Assembly (NCBI GenBank): GCA_046726415.1
Contig: JBKPAK010000347.1
Coordinates: forward strand, 1-17,862
DNA length: 17,862 nt
DNA from: Candidatus Methylomirabilota bacterium
GTDB lineage: Bacteria; Methylomirabilota; Methylomirabilia; Rokubacteriales; CSP1-6
Reading direction: 5' to 3'
The translations under genes and the position numbers were made by a program. Under the pieces are notes generated by a model. It did not search any database. It was not told the origin of the DNA and worked only from the letters and a program-made list of their open reading frames with translations. Shown here piece by piece: positions 15,890 through 17,862 of the stretch (within the stretch, counting starts at the first letter, position 1; each line of letters starts with the position of its first letter).

Positions 15890-16327
15890 ATGCTCAGGAT
15901 GCTCGATCTGCTCCAGATGACGATGCGCGGCGAACTGCCGCCGCCGCCCATCGCTAACCTCATCGGCTTTGGCCTCAAGTCCGTGGAGCCTGGCCACGCC
16001 GTCGTCGAGTTCGAGGCGAGCGAGCGTCACGCCAACCCCATGGGAACGCTGCACGGCGGCGTCCTGTGCGACATTGCGGACGCCGCCATGGGAATGGCCT
16101 ACGCGGCGGGCCTTGAGGAGGGCGAGACCTTCACCACGCTGGAGCTGAAGGTGAACTTCTTGCGACCCGTGTGGACGGGCAAGCTGATCGCGGACGGTCG
16201 CCTCCTCAAAGGCGGGCGCCGGGTCGGGCTGGTCGAGTGCACCATCACCGACGACCGCAACCGCCTCGTCGCGCGCGCCTCCAGTACCTGTATGACCCTC
16301 CGGGGCGAGGAGGCGGCGGGACGGTGA
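15890..16327 (+). CDS. PaaI family (hotdog-fold) thioesterase
   Basis: HANPMGTLHGGVLCDIADAAMG, TLELKVNFLRPV, LVARASSTC. Confidence 0.92.
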   Translation: MLRMLDLLQMTMRGELPPPPIANLIGFGLKSVEPGHAVVEFEASERHANPMGTLHGGVLCDIADAAMGMAYAAGLEEGETFTTLELKVNFLRPVWTGKLIADGRLLKGGRRVGLVECTITDDRNRLVARASSTCMTLRGEEAAGR

Positions 16328-16332
16328 GCATG

Positions 16333-16369
16333 GAGCCCTCGACGGGCTCGCCCGGGGCTTCGAGCCGTC
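16333..16369. terminator. Hairpin-forming GC-rich spacer between convergent genes
   Basis: GAGCCC-TCGAC-GGGCTC (16333-16349), or the alternative GACGGGCTCG...CGAGCCGTC pairing. No U-tract. Confidence 0.3.
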
Positions 16370-17342
16370 AGGGCACGAGCACGATCTTGCCGTGGGCGCC
16401 GGAGGACATCACGGCCTCGTGAGCGCGGGCGGCCTCCTTGAGTGGGATCTCCCGGCCCACTACGGGCCGCAGGCTCCCGTTGGCCAGGCCCGCCCCGAGC
16501 GCGGCTTGGATTCCGGCCATCTCGTGCTCCGGCGTGTTCCACAGGACCATGCCGTGGATGGTCGCATCGCGCACCATGGCCTGGCGCGCGTTGATCTCCA
16601 CCGTCCCGCGGTTGCCGATGACCGCGATGCGGCCGCGGAGGGCGACCACGCCGAGATCCCGATCCAGGTTGACGTTGGCGAGCATCTCCATGACGAGGTC
16701 CACCCCGTGTCCTTCGGTGATCGCCATGACCTCGGCGAGATAGTCGGGCTTCGAGTGGTCGAGGACGTGGTGTGCGCCCTCCGTGCTCACGAGGTGGCGG
16801 CCTCGCTCTGTCCCCGCGGTGCCGATCACGCGAAGTCCGTGCGCACGCGCCAGCTGCAGGCACGCGATGCCGACACCGCCGCTGGCCCCGTGCACGAGGA
16901 CCCATTCGCCCGGGCGGGCGTCGGCGCGCTGGAACAGGGAGCGATAGGCCGTGGCGTAGGCGACATGCACGGCGGCGCCCTCGGCGAACGAGACGCGCTC
17001 GGGTAGTGGCTGCACTTGTGACACCGCACAGACGGCCAGCTCCGCGCATGTCCCCTGCAGCGGCCCACTGACGGTCCCCGTCACGTAGACGCGCTCGCCG
17101 GTCTTCCTTGCCCGCACGTTCTCGCCGACTTCGACGATGGTGCCGGCACCTTCGCCGCCCGGCACGTAGGGCAGCGTGGGGAGCAGCGCGTAGGCTCCGG
17201 AGCGCACGTAGGTGTCGGCCGGGTTCACCCCGGCGGCCTTGATCTGCACGAGCACCTGGCCGGCGGCGGGCTTCGGATCGGGTACGTCCTCGAACTGGAG
17301 CACGTGCGGAGGTCCGAACTGGTGGGCGCGAATTGCTTTCAT
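16368..17342 (-). CDS. NADPH:quinone reductase (zeta-crystallin/MDR family)
   Basis: GGAGGA RBS before ATG 17342. MKAIR, AAGVNPADTY.RSG.Y, PYVPGGEGAG, VLVHGASGGVG, GKIVLVP. Confidence 0.92.
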   Translation of the reverse strand: MKAIRAHQFGPPHVLQFEDVPDPKPAAGQVLVQIKAAGVNPADTYVRSGAYALLPTLPYVPGGEGAGTIVEVGENVRARKTGERVYVTGTVSGPLQGTCAELAVCAVSQVQPLPERVSFAEGAAVHVAYATAYRSLFQRADARPGEWVLVHGASGGVGIACLQLARAHGLRVIGTAGTERGRHLVSTEGAHHVLDHSKPDYLAEVMAITEGHGVDLVMEMLANVNLDRDLGVVALRGRIAVIGNRGTVEINARQAMVRDATIHGMVLWNTPEHEMAGIQAALGAGLANGSLRPVVGREIPLKEAARAHEAVMSSGAHGKIVLVP

Positions 17343-17472
17343 GGCGTCCTCCACTTTCTCGGCGTGTCGACTCGAGGCGCTCGTCGGGCGATGGCGCTCT
17401 CGTGCGATGGATGCGCCCAACGGGCCATGCGCCCCTTCGGAATCATGCGAGACACCATCGGCCCATGGTGAC

Positions 17473-17481
17473 TGCTAAGAT
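17473..17481 (+). promoter_or_regulatory. Candidate extended -10 promoter (TGcTAAGAT) for the CMD-family gene
   Basis: TGnTAnnnT pattern in the divergent intergenic region, about 50 nt upstream of ATG 17534. Confidence 0.4.
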
Positions 17482-17533
17482 AGCGCCTCCCGCTCACGCC
17501 AGAGGGATGACGATCGCCGGCCGGAGGAGAGAC

Positions 17534-17862
17534 ATGGCTCGACTACCCGATCCACTGGATTCGCTCAGCCCGGAGGCCAAGCGCATCTACGAGCACATCG
17601 CCGCGAAACGCGGCGCGGTGCGCGGACCTTTCGCGCCGCTCATGCATCATCCGGCCCTCGCCGAGAAGGTCGCCGACCTCGGCGAGTTTCTGCGCTTCGG
17701 GTCGACCTTGCCCGGCGACATCCGGGAGCTGGCCATCCTCATCACCGCCCGCACCGTGGGCCAGCCGTACGAGTGGTTCGCGCATGCGCCGATCGGGCAA
17801 CGCGAGGGGTTGTCCGATGAGGTCATCGAGCGCGTGCGCACGCGGGGCGATCTCGCCATGCT
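17534..17862 (+). CDS. Carboxymuconolactone decarboxylase / AhpD-like family protein (3' truncated; absent from the ORF track)
   Basis: GGAGGAG RBS then MARLPDPLDSLSPEAKRIYEHIAAKRGAVRGPFAPLMHHPALAEKVADLGEFLRFGSTLPGDIRELAILITARTVGQPYEWFAHAPIGQREGLSDEVIE, open to the window end. RELAIL..AR....YEW..H is typical of the family. Confidence 0.85.
   Translation, partial: MARLPDPLDSLSPEAKRIYEHIAAKRGAVRGPFAPLMHHPALAEKVADLGEFLRFGSTLPGDIRELAILITARTVGQPYEWFAHAPIGQREGLSDEVIERVRTRGDLAM

Overview
GC-rich bacterial chromosomal window with about 17 densely packed genes and no mobile element, CRISPR array or structural RNA that I can support. In order: pyruvate kinase C-terminus; a cytoplasmic six-GAF hybrid histidine kinase; an enoyl-CoA hydratase; a glutaredoxin-DinB fusion; an internally duplicated membrane protein (-); an FGE/SUMF1-domain protein lacking the catalytic Cys pair (-); a class I/II aminotransferase; a degenerate TPP-enzyme homologue; a PDO/AhpF-NTD-like thioredoxin-fold protein; a gamma-glutamylcyclotransferase; a class III aminotransferase; a small membrane protein; a DCC1-like (DUF393) protein; an HxlR regulator (-) divergent from a MATE transporter and PaaI thioesterase; an NADPH:quinone reductase (-); and the start of a CMD/AhpD-like protein. 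The main hidden signal is that two genes split in the ORF track are probably selenoproteins. Each has an in-frame TGA exactly at the first Cys position of a thioredoxin-fold CxxC motif (U-S-S-C at 5420-5422; U-P-H-C at 11141-11143), followed by a SECIS-like hairpin (strong for the first, weaker for the second). The first is an unusual Sec-glutaredoxin fused to a His-triad DinB domain. Neighbouring genes are enriched in thiol/electrophile chemistry. All family calls come from motif recognition by eye, not from database searches.
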